Made by a program: the position numbers and the translations under genes. This document shows positions 1 to 12,239 of a stretch of DNA of 64,000 bases, piece after piece. Source of the DNA: Raillietiella orientalis. Its lineage: Eukaryota. The DNA is taken from the NCBI GenBank assembly GCA_036172245.1, contig JAYWIR010000026.1, forward strand, positions 2,294,001 to 2,358,000, written 5' to 3'. The stretch's first letter is position 1. Every line of letters starts with the position of its first letter. Below the pieces are notes generated by a model. It searched no databases, had not been told where the DNA came from, and saw nothing but the letters and a program-made list of their open reading frames with translations.

Positions 1-1099
1 CTAATGGATAACAGCGTACTTTGTACGGGAGCTAAACTTTGGATACAAGCCGAACGAACTTGATGTTGAATCAGGAGTCTGGGAAGAGAGTAAATAGGCG
101 CGGTAGCCATCTTCTCGACTGGGGTTTCTTTACACGATTTGAGCTTAGATCGGCGTGGGTCAAGTTGGTTTGTGTTTCCGAGCACTGCGTGCACCAAAGG
201 TCAAGAGATTCAACAGTTCTTCGGTTAGAAAGATGGCAAAATTTGGCAATGGTGCGCCGACTCTGTGCGAGACTCCATTCTTAGCATTGCACCTCCAATG
301 GAATTGAGCGAGAAATTGGGGGCTGGGAGAAACCAATGCAAGGATGTTGAGTGGGTTGCACCTACTGTCTCCATGCTGCTCATTAAGGCTCCTTCTGAGT
401 TGGTAATCACGAATGGTGTTGAATATGAGATGGATATGGAATTAATGTGAGGCACACGTGTGCGCTGCTGCATTGAGGTAGTTTAGATAGTTCCTTATTA
501 ATCAATATGTATGTTGAAATAAATTTGTGTGTATATATATATATATATACTACCAAAGAATGGCTATTATGCAAGTGGTGGTTTATGCTGGCGATCACGG
601 CGAATGAAAACCGAATAATTTTGTTGCATATGGTAGGTGCCACCTTGCATCATTCATCAAGGCACTGCTTGGAGAGGTTAATCGCTTGCCTTATGATTTT
701 TCAGAGTCCTAATCGGCATCGGGGCATCACGTGGCGTGTGCTTTGCTTCTTGCCTCAACTGGGAAATGGTCCATCTGGAGGTTATTAAAATGCCGTCAGC
801 ATTTGGTTGTTCCTGGAGGCTTGCGGATCAGCAGATAGAAAAGTTTCGTTCGTCGTTTATGAGATTCATTGACGAGCAGGGCAACTTTTTGCTTGATGTC
901 TCAATGATGAATGGATGTGCATGTGTGTGTATGTAGGTAATGTACATATTGTACAACTTGAAAGCAGTAAGAACCGGTTCGAAATTCATGGTTTTGCACG
1001 AGGCATCGGTTTGCATGTGCATCGCACATGTATGTTGGGTGCTGAAATAATTTCATATGGAAAAGATGAAGAATATAATGCAAGAATGAGTTGGTTATT

Positions 1100-1480
1100 G
1101 ACCTTTTTAGATACTCGATTCACAAGCCCGATATTCCAAATTCAAGCTATAAAGTCTGGGATTGATGATAGAAGAAAGAGAAGTTGATGAGGAACGTGAT
1201 TTGCCCCACGAGGGAGGTGCTTGATAGATTGGACAAGTAATAACAGTTAGGAAGAATAGTAAATGAAGATGAGGATTTCTTGGAAGGGTCTACCGGAAGA
1301 ATGACATATATAGCGAGAGCTGAATAGTAACAAGGTGGAGAGATTCTCAGAAGAAGGAAAGCAGGGTCTCAGGACGCGAGTCGGTTTTGGCAGGAGGTAC
1401 GCACTGGAGGAAAGTCTTCTCTATCAGTGGCCAAGGATATTTGTTGCTTTGAAAGGAATCGAAATTAGCCAAAGAAGACC
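1100..1480 (-). mobile_element. Decayed L1/Tx1-type LINE, 3' part of ORF2 (zf-RVT-like region)
   Basis: Minus-strand translation across frameshifts gives 'PWPLIEKTF..VPP..RPETLLSFF..LH' then 'TCPIYQ...VPHQLLFLL...IW', resembling W..I..IPPK..E..LH / CxxC..H-LLF-C..W of LINE ORF2 C-termini. It is collinear with the RT fragment at 3240-4620. Confidence 0.4.
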
Positions 1481-1509
1481 CTCGCATAACGCGGTAAATC
1501 ACCCCCTTG

Positions 1510-2569
1510 CAGAGCTACGGGTAAATTTCGTGGTTTTGGAAAAGAACGAGAGCACGTGATTTCAGTAGGTCGGATTTCATTTCGCCCGAATTTTCGTGGG
1601 TCAAAAGAGCGCAAGGAGGCACATTTTTCCAAAGCCGGAACCATGAAGTTGTTGCAATTGATCCAATGCCGGGGAAACTGGAAGGCTTGCTTTATTATTA
1701 TTATTATTTCAAGTTCAATAACGGATAAACGCTTTTTTTTTCTTCCTAAGGTGAGATGATGGATGTTTTACTGCTGTATCGTTGAAGATACGCCCCATAT
1801 CTTTTTAAATCTGTTTTGTTCGTGCTATCTAATCTACTACTAACCCATAGGACTTCTATAACGCGGAACGTACCCCTCGCTTTATACAAAAGCCTACTAT
1901 CGTACTGGGGTTATGCACAGCTATGGCAGTAAGAGTTGTCTTTAGACTATTTTGACAAAATTAGTGTGTTTTTCTAAGACAACTTGTTTCTGGATGAATT
2001 CGAGTCACAATCATAGTATAGATACAGACTGTGCAGACAGTTAAACTGTTTCGTGCTAAGTTTGTACTGTAATTATGTGGTATGCTGAAATCATCAGCGT
2101 TGTTCCTTTTAGCTTGCTTCTCCATCCTCAAGATCTCACGCTTACACGTTTTGATCCCTGAATGCACAGAATGCAAAAGAGAAAAGCAAAACACACGAAA
2201 AAGGGGAAAGAAGAACAAAGGAAAAAGATGTCGGATAATTCGGAAATGACGGCCTGAGAAAAGCGTGGTAATGCTGATTGAGGTGGGGAAAAGAGATTAT
2301 TTTGGAAAAGGCAGTTTTCCGTGAAGTCTTTTAATTGCTTTTTTCATTATCACGAGGGGAACAAAAGTGCATTCGGACCCTTATGAAGCAAACTTTCAAT
2401 GGCAACCGGGCTTGTAAACACCACAAGCAGCTGAGCATCAGGAAGATTCATACCGGCACTCGAAGAAATTCCTTTGTGTTTGGATGATTTGTCTTCATCG
2501 GAACCGCTTGAAGCAAAGCCAGAAAATTGGCAAGCACAAAACATCCCTGATCTGATGATGATCGACGAT

Positions 2570-2610
<41 letters not shown>

Positions 2611-3235
2611 AAAAGACCCTGAAATAATTATTCAACTAAAGATACAAGTTGGACAAAAACCTCTACCCTAATAGCTGGGTCGAACATTCTAAACCACGAT
2701 TGAGCAATTTTCCCTATTCCTTGCCTTCAAACAGTTGCCATTTATTGCTGATCATCATCAAAGAGCAAACTCCTTGAGCGGATGCTTGAAAAATGCCTAC
2801 TCGAAATTCCGACGGATGCTTTCGTAAATATCCAAAAACGACTTGATAGGGTTCCTTTTCGTTGCATTGCAGAGAGCAAATGGAATGCAACATTCGGCTG
2901 TAAATGGTTAATCAGAGATGCTGTTTATCGAACAAATATAATATACTAATTAATCACTGTCTGTACGGTTCATGCACCTATATGATGGCTGACATTCACA
3001 AGGATATTTTTAAGCGAGAACGAAAATGGGCTTTTATTTACAGTGTCCAGGATAATTATGTTCTGCAGTACGATCACAGTCAATCAAGTGCCATGGAGAC
3101 GTGACCTGTCGTCACGACCACAAATTGAAGGATGGTGGTGGCTTGACCGACGATCTCAAAAATCACGTGCTCGCATATCATGAGAAGTGAAAGTTATTCA
3201 TGCGAAATAGTCGAAAATTGTTTCACCCAGAAATA
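1510..3235 (+). mobile_element. Decayed Tc1/mariner DNA transposon inserted in the LINE
   Basis: 'ENWQAQNIPDLMMIDDDFFF' (~2522-2580) resembles WPxRSPDLxPxDFFLW. 'LLERMLEKCLLEIPTDAFVN...RCIAE-ANG' (~2770-2890) resembles the Tc1 transposase C-terminus. An imperfect inverted repeat lies at GAGCACGTGATTT (1550-1562) / AAATCACGTGCTC (3160-3172). Boundaries are approximate. Confidence 0.5.
2573..2605. repeat. Poly-T tract (33 nt)
   Basis: Directly visible homopolymer. Confidence 0.95.
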
Positions 3236-3239
3236 GTTT

Positions 3240-4620
3240 TCCAATTAGGATTCGTGGTTTGCTTCCTTTTAGGGAAAACCAAGAATGATTCGGATGGAAC
3301 AGTTGTTTAGAAGAAAGCTGATTTCTTGATTTGTTTCTTCCTAATATGGCAGACACACATAGTAAATTTAGGATGTCAATATACCAAGGCCGTAGTAACA
3401 GTTTTCATACTTGATTCAACTGAAGGATCTGGGTTTCGAGGAGGCTGATTTTGGTAGATTGGATTTTGGATACAAGAACAAATGTATCTGTGATCACTGA
3501 TAAATTTTACTGTTAGCAGTTGTGATTAAACAAAAGAGTTCAGCTAACGTTGGTATTCCTTAATGGCGATGGAATTGTAGAGTTACGCAAGTATTATCAG
3601 GAAATCGTTCTGAATTTTGTAAAACAGGTACTGTAGTGCAGACAATAGAAAAGTAGGGAATGGGGAAGGCGAGCGTATTACTTAGAAGTGGTGGCAGCTA
3701 TGAGGGAAGATTGCTTACTAATTGGCAGCTTTCTTTGGTGCTTCCATATCGTTGCTTTCACTATTTAAGAGTAAATAATCTTAAATAGCTTCAGGCGTAA
3801 ATGAATGGAAACGAATATTGAGCACCCTGATGTCAACGAATTGCATGGGACTGGTATAATCATCCTGGTAAGTCCCGTATAGGGATCATATGCTGGAAAC
3901 CGACATTTCTAGCTTCCCTTGTCCAGTTATGGTCCCCCTGTGGGAATACGCAGTAATCAAAACAGATCCAGATTCGGAGGTATTTGAGGATTCTAGTAAT
4001 ACACCGAAATTGATTTTTAGGTTGTATGCATCATGTACTTGATAGGGAATCATAACAGATAATGTTTTAATTAGTTAGAATCCAGAATCGGAAGCGTTCG
4101 GTGAGATGGAATAGCTCAAGGAACTTGGAGAGAGTCTACGCGAGATGTTCCTTACAGATATGTTTCTTGTCAGTCATCCAAAGTAATGATTTGAGGAGTC
4201 TGCTCAGTGACCAGCAAACAGCTGCGGTACGATAATTAGCCATGTAGCTGGTTGCATGAACGAAAGACTCTTGGCCTAGTCTTGGAAAGCCCCCCAATTA
4301 CCATGGTGCTCCACTTCATGATGCACAGAAAAATCCACAGTGAATCAGGGACACGAAGAGGGGTTCCTCGTTGAAGGGAAAATGGACTGATCGGTGAGGT
4401 GTTACAGGTCCTCCTGGGAGTGTGAAGAGTGGATCGTCAGAGACATCGGGTGGTTGCGTACGGAGTCCGAAGGGAAGGAAAATTTTCCCAAGGGCCACCC
4501 AGCGTGATTTCTACGGAGAGTTCAGATTACTGTGGAAGTTTGCGACCGCGATGTTGATTTGGGTACCCTCAGGGAGTAGATTAGGCCTAGCAGTGGAAAA
4601 GTCTGGCGTTTAGAATATTG
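3240..4620 (-). mobile_element. Decayed L1/Tx1-type LINE reverse transcriptase
   Basis: Ordered degenerate RT motifs on the minus strand, with stops and frameshifts: 'IAVANF..RWVALGKIFLPFGL' (LDFxKAFD..W..L..FGF), 'PFSLQRGTP..SLWIFLCIM' (PFxLxRGxRQGCPLSP), 'SYMAN' (YADD position), 'SGF*LIKT' (SGxxIN..K), 'LKYLRIWI' (KYLGI), 'TIWK..LPIS...RLP' (FIW..GGLxLP). Confidence 0.65.
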
Positions 4621-5853
4621 CAGCACGTATTCCAAAAGTTCTACCGAAAGCACAAGTGCAGCACTTTTTTTGCGTGTTCTTTTCACCGGCCCGTCCCGAT
4701 TAATTTTCGTCTAACCATCAAGGATCGAAAAAGAAATCAAAATCTCCGCTTTCCAGGCTTCCTCGGGACTTCCCGACTTGGATGACCCCACTTCTGATCA
4801 CACCTCAAGCAAGTTTTGATGAAACGACCAACTTTCGTTTCGACTGCCGAGACCGTTGCCGTTGTGTCCTGCCTTGGCCTAATGGAAAACTTCGATTTCC
4901 TTTATGTCCTAAAGCTTGAGATTAACGATGCGTCCGAAGAAAATTCTCAAATTTCACCTTTGGGGAGGGGGGAAGCAGCAGCTCTGCCCCCCTCCCCCTC
5001 CCCCGCAAACACGAAAGGTTTTTTGCTAAATTTTCTGGCCGACGCTGCAATAAAGAACGTCACCCAATTCGAACTTTTCCAAGGGCTGTAAAAGAGTCCC
5101 CGCGGACGGAGTCCTCGCAACCCGAGGTGCACAATGCAAGCGAGAGGGGAAGTAGCGAACGGTACACGGGACGCATGTACTTGCGGTTGTGTACAGTGTG
5201 GCTTTCGTCCGGAGGTGAAAAGGGTGCCCATCATCCCCCCATGTAGTAATAAACACGAATGAACGCGTGCCGACGGTGGCTCCCGGTTGCCAGGGCTTCC
5301 TGAAAAATGAGGTCCCGGGACACAGAGGGGAAAAATTGCATCCTGAATTCTGGAAGGCTCCCTGCCTGGACGTATTTCCTTGTACACACTGGAGTCCGTC
5401 TAGACGATTCGATGCAGCAGTATGTGGAAAGCCCGGGAACGAGTGCGAGTCGCAAAAGCAGCAGCACTACGAGTAACTCGAGTTGTTAATGCACCGAAGC
5501 CTACGTTTGTGCCTACAAACTGTGATGGTAGCTTTGTAGGCACACGGTTTTTTCAGAACCCTGACGTATAACCGTTTCGGAAAGATCAGATAATCCGGAC
5601 TTTCTGTTGGTTTACTGAATGCTTTTCCACTTCGAAAATGATAGTTCGGTGAAGTTTTGTGTCCTCCCCCCCCAAAAAAAAAAAAATTCTGAGCAAATGC
5701 AGTGATATGGAGCTCTGAGCACGGTGCCCGAGTCGAAAAAGGTTCAAGTATTGAAATGTTAGCAGCCTCTGTGTTTTATTGTCCGTGCAGTAGAGGTAAT
5801 GTAGGGAACAGGTTTTCTTGAAAATCGCATAATACTCGTTGTAAAGTCGATTA

Positions 5854-8800
5854 ATGAACTTCGGGACTGCATCCTCAGAAGATGGTCTTTTGAACGCAAG
5901 TTGCTCCAGGTAAAGTCAGACTCGATGTTAACGTGAAAATATTGAAGTAGCAATTGTTTCAGAAATCGCAGTGGTCAAATAATAGATTCAATGAGACTCC
6001 GTCGTTATAGTGCAGATGAGACGATAATTAACCTCAATTCGGTAAGTTTTGTAATCATGACTTTCAAATGCATGCAAATAAGTGGTAATGGTCGGTTGCA
6101 CACCTTATAATATAGCTTGATGCCCACAAATGTATGCCGAATTTTGGTAAGGTCAACTTTTCCATCGAAACCATTTACTGGTAGCAAATCTCAATGGATG
6201 TTCCAGAATTGTCCGTTGCACGTTTCATCTCCATTTTATGTTGAGGTTATTATTCGTAACATGAAGTGGACTTTATATAATTTATCTGTTTATGATGTGG
6301 TAAAATTGGCACAAAAATGGAGTTGAAAATCTCAAGTTCCAGGAGTCGTGGACATTTCTCCCCGTTTTGAAAGAAACGTAATGTTACTATGGTGATTTTA
6401 ATTAGGACAAGGCATATTTAACTGGTCGTGTGCAGCTCTCATTTGAAAAGAGTATGCTGATTGTTTTACAGCATTTCCGTTTAATTTCATGTCGTTTCAG
6501 GGAATGGACATGTAAAGTATTTAGATATTATTCCATTAACGATATTCATGCTTGTTTCATGTATGTGCTAGGATGATTTTTGTATGATGTATGTACAATT
6601 GCCTCACATTACTGTGGTGCAATTTCACAATAATGTGATGATTATCGAAAGTTTCATTTACATTGAACTTTAAGGTATCAGTTAATTATTGTTTCAGGTA
6701 ATGCAGTTGGTTGTGCATCCATCACAGTCCAGAAAAAGGTCAATTTGTGTAAAACGTTTAGGTTTTATTAACATGAATGTAGCTTTAATAGCAAATGGGT
6801 TTTCAGGGTTTACTCCTTTACACTTAGTAATCGTAGACTTCTTTTATATTCCACACGAGTGGGTATGTTTTCAGCACACAAATTGTTTGTTTTTCCCCCC
6901 TCTGAAACCTCGAGCTCCTTTTTCTTTATTCATAAGGTTATTTGCTCAAATTATGTGCTGGAATGTTTTAAAGTTTTTTGTTACTTGTTCACTGGATACG
7001 TTATTATATGATTGTGTATTTCTGAGATGCTTTCAGTTCATTTAAGACTTACTCATGTTAATGTTGTCAACTATGAAAGTCTGGTTTTTCTAGGGTAGTT
7101 TCAGCTTTAAGATTTTTCCTTGGCAGATGATTCTATGGTAACTGGTTAAAGCCTAATTAAGTTGCCTTTTTCGTAATAGCTAACATTGAGTGTATGGTAT
7201 TTTTGGTTTAGGAGGTAGTTTCCTGAAACTATTTTACAATTTGTGTTGCTTTAGGGTTTTAAAAATTTTGGTTGCTTCTGATTCTGTATGCTGCAATTAT
7301 TTTTTTACCTCTTACTGAAATTTTGCACCTAGATATTGATTTGCAAGTTACATGTAATGAGAAGACTTGCAGCTTTTTGGGTACTAAATTTTGGAATTCA
7401 GTAGTGGGAAGTCCATATCAAAAAAGTTTTATCAACATTTATGAAGAGTAGTGTTGAAAATAATAATAGGACTTTAAAGTCAAGGGGATCTTTAATCTTT
7501 GGCAATTTGGAAAATGTAAATCAAGTGCTCCAAATACTGATTAAGAAATGATTTCCAACTTGCCAGAATTTTCGCAAATTTGAAATCGCAAATTCTCTGA
7601 AATGTATTTGAATCTAGGTTTATCCCCCCCAAAACAAGATTCAGCGAAAAGCTAATCTTAACTTTAGTTTGAATTAACTTTAGCTATCATTAGTTTATAA
7701 ATTTATGTCTGGAATATAAGAAGCCCATCATTATAAATGAAAATTCAATTTTAAACTGGATGGGTTGTTTTTTCAAATACTTTCTCGATGTAAAAATCTG
7801 ATATTACTTTCAATAATTAGGATTACTCAACATTGTATTAGCTTTAGATTGTTCATGGCAACAAGAAATCATTAGAAATATATGATGATCATCTGAAAGG
7901 AGTGAATCTCTTTTCACCAGATAATAGGGATTTAAATCAGGATTTAGAGTTATGTGTGCATTCTTTTTGTTTTCCCTTCCTGGAAAGAATAGTTCCAAGA
8001 GAAACATTACTGGGCTAAAGTTTTTTTTATAATGAAAAGTTCATCAGACAAAATGCACATAAGTAAATCATTTCATGGAAAATGCTTCTAATTTTTAGCA
8101 AGTCATTTGCTGGAATACACTACAATGGAATTACACAGTACATGATACGATGAATTAATAAAAATAATGATTGCTCTATGCTGTCTCTCATACAGAAAAC
8201 AAAACAACAACAAAAGTCTTGGCTATGTTCAGTAAGGCTAACATTAGGGGGGAAAAGGTACTTTGTCGATGAGGATGGAATAAATAACAACAGTAGAATA
8301 AATTTGCAGCAAGTAAACCTACAATGAGATCTCAAACACAAATTTTTTAATGCAAAAACCTAAGTAAAGAAGAATTACCACGATAATTATAATTGTGATA
8401 GTGATGGTTAAAATTTTGTGGCACCTCTGTATCTTTCATTTTCATAGGTTTGTTATCAATAACATGAAATAAATAAAATATATCTTATCTATGTTTCAAA
8501 GTATTTTGAAATGCACTGTTAAAAATAAAGAAAAGATAAAGAACCATGTATGGTATTTATTTGTTGAATCAGGCTAGTTTTCCCAGATCTTCTTTGCATT
8601 TGTGTTTTTGGCGTTCAGGTTCAGTGATTCCTAGTGTCATATTTAACAATTTTTGTTGTTTTTTGTTTTCTGAACTTCCTTTAATAGAACACATGAGAAC
8701 ATTGTTTCATGAAAAATGCAGTAGATGCACTTTATATCATTTAGTATCTGTTTAGTGTCTTTAAAGCCAATGCCTAGTCTGCCTAGGGTAAATTGTGAAT

Positions 8801-10888
8801 ATTCAGGTTTTGTTTTCAATTTGCCTTCCGTGTTTGCACAACAGATGCCGCTTTCTGCATCATAGGATATGGAATGATTACATTAATTGTGAGAGAATCA
8901 CTTTATGCTCTACGAATTTTTTGCATTCAGATGACAAGTTTGGCCTTCTTTCTCTCACAGATGATACAAGACATTATGATACAAGGAATTGTAAATGTTA
9001 TTGCCCCGTGGGCTTTAGAATTCCTTTCCTTTGGCATTTTTATCCTGTAGTTTTTTCTATTTAACCATTATATCTTTCTGTTTACTGATACATTGATTAG
9101 CATGATTTTTTTCAGTCTCTGTTTCTGCATTGCTTTATGCTTGAAAACTGCTATTTGTGTGTGCTGTTTAGGTATTTTAGTTATATGTGTATACTATTTA
9201 GGTATTTTTTAGGTATATGTTTACAAGGAGGACTGTTTGCACATCAGTGGATCAAGATGTGTATCCACACAACATTTTCATCAACTTGTTAATAGGGTTC
9301 AAAATGCACGAATTTGGCTTAATTTTAGTTAAGTTGTGTTGCTTGAAACAAAAATTCATTGTTAATTATGCTGCTATTTATGCGGGTTGCGCATTTTGTG
9401 ATACATTTTGTATTAAGAATGCACAGCAAAAATTTGCATTGCATTACCTAATAAAGTACAGCTTATGAATATTTGTAAAACACGTTCATGCAAACGTTTC
9501 AAGAGAGAGAGTGCAAGAACAGCAAGAGGTTCAACAAAAAAACAAGGGCTGCACCTTGTTTTTTGTTGAACAGTGTGGCCTTTTGATCTTCTCATTACAT
9601 GGTTTCATCTTTTTATGATGAATTTTTTATTAAGTATTATTTTCTGAATATGTGTAGCTTTATGCTTTCAGGGGCTGGGTGAAACGAAAATTTCATTTTG
9701 GTATGTGAAATATAGTGGAGTCCCAGAATGTGTGCGAAAATCTGCATGCTCGAATTAATTGGATTAGCGTTGCCCAAAACACCTCCAGGATCATAGATTA
9801 AAAGTTGCTAAATGATTTATTTTTCACCAAGAGTCCAGTCATAAGCGAATTTCATCTGTGTGGAGGTTTTCTCAAATATTGTTGGTTATATGTGTTCCCC
9901 AATTGTTTTGGTGTTCTTCATAGTTTTCTTTTGCAACTTGTCATTGATGCATTTTCCATAGTTGAGGTGTAGGTTGAAGCCTGACTTAACCGTATAAACT
10001 TTTTTCATCCGTGATGGTTTGTATTGTGTTGAATTCTGTATTCTCTTTGGAATCTGAAAGCTGTGCCTGATTTTATTTTTGTGTGTTTCCATTTTAGGTA
10101 TTTGGTAGTGGTAAGTCTTGTCGAATCAGCCAGCTTAAGCAAGAAGAAGGCATGGATATAGTTGGCAGAGAAGCAGCCCACGAACGAGAAGTTCACTCTG
10201 CTTTGCGAATCTCATCCTCATGTGAGGATCTGACCTTGGTCAGTGGGCAAATCTCAGGTGTGCACCTGGCTGATTCCATGCCAGCAAGAAGATAAATACC
10301 CAGAATATAATTCAGCATGCTGGTGTCGCTCCGTGCAGCCAAATTGCGTGCTAGATCCGTTTTGTCTGTCATTGAATTCTGATGATGTGAAATCCAGCTC
10401 TCCTTCGCCAACTTTACAGCGCCGCCAATGCTGCTCTCCTTCCCCACGCACTTTATCATCATCGCCATCACCCAGTCCAACAAGGAAAACTTTTACTACA
10501 CGGTTATTGCCTTCTTGCCTTCTCAAAGCATTGAATAATATTTCTTGCAGGCGTAGCTTGAGTCCCATTACTTTGAGACCCAGCCAGTTGTGTGGAGTGA
10601 AACGTAAATGTGATTTAGATTTTGATTGTTCACCTTTGAAAAAGATTAGCAGTGGGAAACCAGATAAGGCTAGTCTTTTGACAATCCACCCACTTAGTCA
10701 CAGGTATCGAAGACTCTCGGGTGCTGACACTTTGGTTTTCCAGTTTCTCTTGCAGCAGCTTGGAAGGCTCGCTTAGTTTGGAGAAATCGGTTCATGCTTT
10801 GGATTCCATGGATGGATCATCATCTAAGGAATCTGTAAAGAACATATGGAATGATGATGGTTCTCAGAAGATCTCAACTCTACTCTAG
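5854..10888 (+). CDS. FAM122A: FAM122/PABIR family PP2A-B55 interacting regulator; proposed exons 5854-5909, 5963-6041, 10098-10238, 10285-10502, 10551-10703, 10744(or 10756)-10888
   Basis: Spliced translation contains 'RLRRYS', 'RISQLKQEEGMDIVGREAAHEREVHSALRISSSCEDLTL' and 'SPSPSPTRKTFTTRRSLSPITLRPSQLCGVKRKC', matching FAM122A motifs (RLHQIKQEEGMDL..RE.VHEREV; SPSPTR..RRSQSP..RPS.LG.LKRK). GT-AG introns are phase-compatible. The first and last exons are less certain. Confidence 0.88.
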
Positions 10889-11399
10889 TCTTCAAGTCAA
10901 TTTCAAATATTTTTTGCCATATAACAGAAGTGGGTGCACTTACGCATGTCAGAAGCGTACCCACTTCTGCTATTTGCATTGCATCCGATGTACATGGATC
11001 CCCAATAAACTTAAAATGTGTGATAGCCAAAAGCCACCTTTGCCGATGGATTTGCGTGTTCCTTGCAAGGACGTTTTAGTGTTTGTGATTACATTGAAGC
11101 TCATCTGGTATTTATGATATCCATTTCGTCCTGTACTTAAGATGGAATGTTTTGAAGCTTTAACAAAATATTTATCTTACTCTTTTGCCTGAAGTATTTC
11201 GTTGTATCAAATCATCCTTCACCGCAGAACACTTGAAAGAGCGTTGTGTTCTCACTGTACAGATTGTTGGATACTAAAAATGAATTATTTATGAAACTCA
11301 TTCTGTTAGGAAATAGTAAATATATATGAATGATTTATACCAAAGGAAGACTCGATTTTCTGCCAGGTTTGACGCCTGAGCCTTTTTTTTTTGTCACCA

Positions 11400-11800
11400 T
11401 TCTCGTTCTTTTGGTGAAACATGGGTGGCTGCGATCGCTATCCACAGGGAATCGCCGAGGGATCGGGGGGAACACCGTTGCCTGTGACCAGCTCGCCAGC
11501 TGGGAAGTTTCCGCGTGTGTCGAACGCTCGTGGGGTATTCCGTTACTCAAAGAGGATCGTTCCAAACGGATTCGGAGGAGGCAGATCGTATCATCCGGCG
11601 AAAGGTGCGCAGCGTGCCGTTCGTTCGTCGATCTTGCGCCCGGGACCCCGTGATTACCATGGGAGAACCCGTAATGCCCGGGCGGCAGGGAATGCGTGCA
11701 GTTCTTTCGAGATGCCGTGGAGCCGCATCTTCAACGGCGTTTGACTGGCGTGTTGGCTCGGTCGTCTGCTTCTCCACTTTCGCGCCGACGCTTTCACTGT
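11400..11800 (+). mobile_element. Decayed RTE-like LINE 3' fragment
   Basis: 'CVERSWGIPLLKEDRSKRIRRR' resembles RTE 'MERxMLGIxLxDRxRxxxIRxR'; heavily degenerate. Confidence 0.3.
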
Positions 11801-12239
11801 CTTTTCCAATTGACTGCCAGTTCGGAACGTTTTGATGCAGAAGCACTCAGCTTCCTTTTGGATCTCGTTGTTGCGCGAGTTCTCCCAGCATCCTCGTCGA
11901 CTGATGAACGAAGTTTCGCGATCTCGCTCCACCGCGGCGTCAGGTGCACGCACGAAATGCTGCTTTCGTCCCCGTTTTTTTTTTTTTTTTTTTTTTTTTA
12001 CACGTTTTCCGCCTCCCCTCGCCACCCCCTCCTACTCTATCCTACATGCACGTCCCTGCTGTGGTCAGATCAAGTGTGCTTTCACCGAGACGGATGCCCG
12101 GAGAGCTCGACGACACCATCCTTTGACATCTTTTGCCTCGAGTACGAGATTTCCGCTCCTGCTTGCATTCTTGTCTCAAGAGCACCCACTTGACTAACAG
12201 ACGCACGCGCGTCAAAATCCAACGCGTTTTATTTGACGA

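Noticed and set aside
2840..2920. 'KWNATFGCKW' resembled the CACTA transposase FNGxYGCxxC motif
   Set aside because: The context fits the Tc1 transposase C-terminus downstream of a W..PDL..DFF motif better.
4200..4330. 'PW*LGGFPRL...ANYR' on the minus strand resembled a negative-strand RNA virus L protein (endogenous viral element)
   Set aside because: Adjacent frames give the ordered LINE RT motifs (PFSLQRG, SGF, KYLxI), so a decayed LINE is the simpler explanation.
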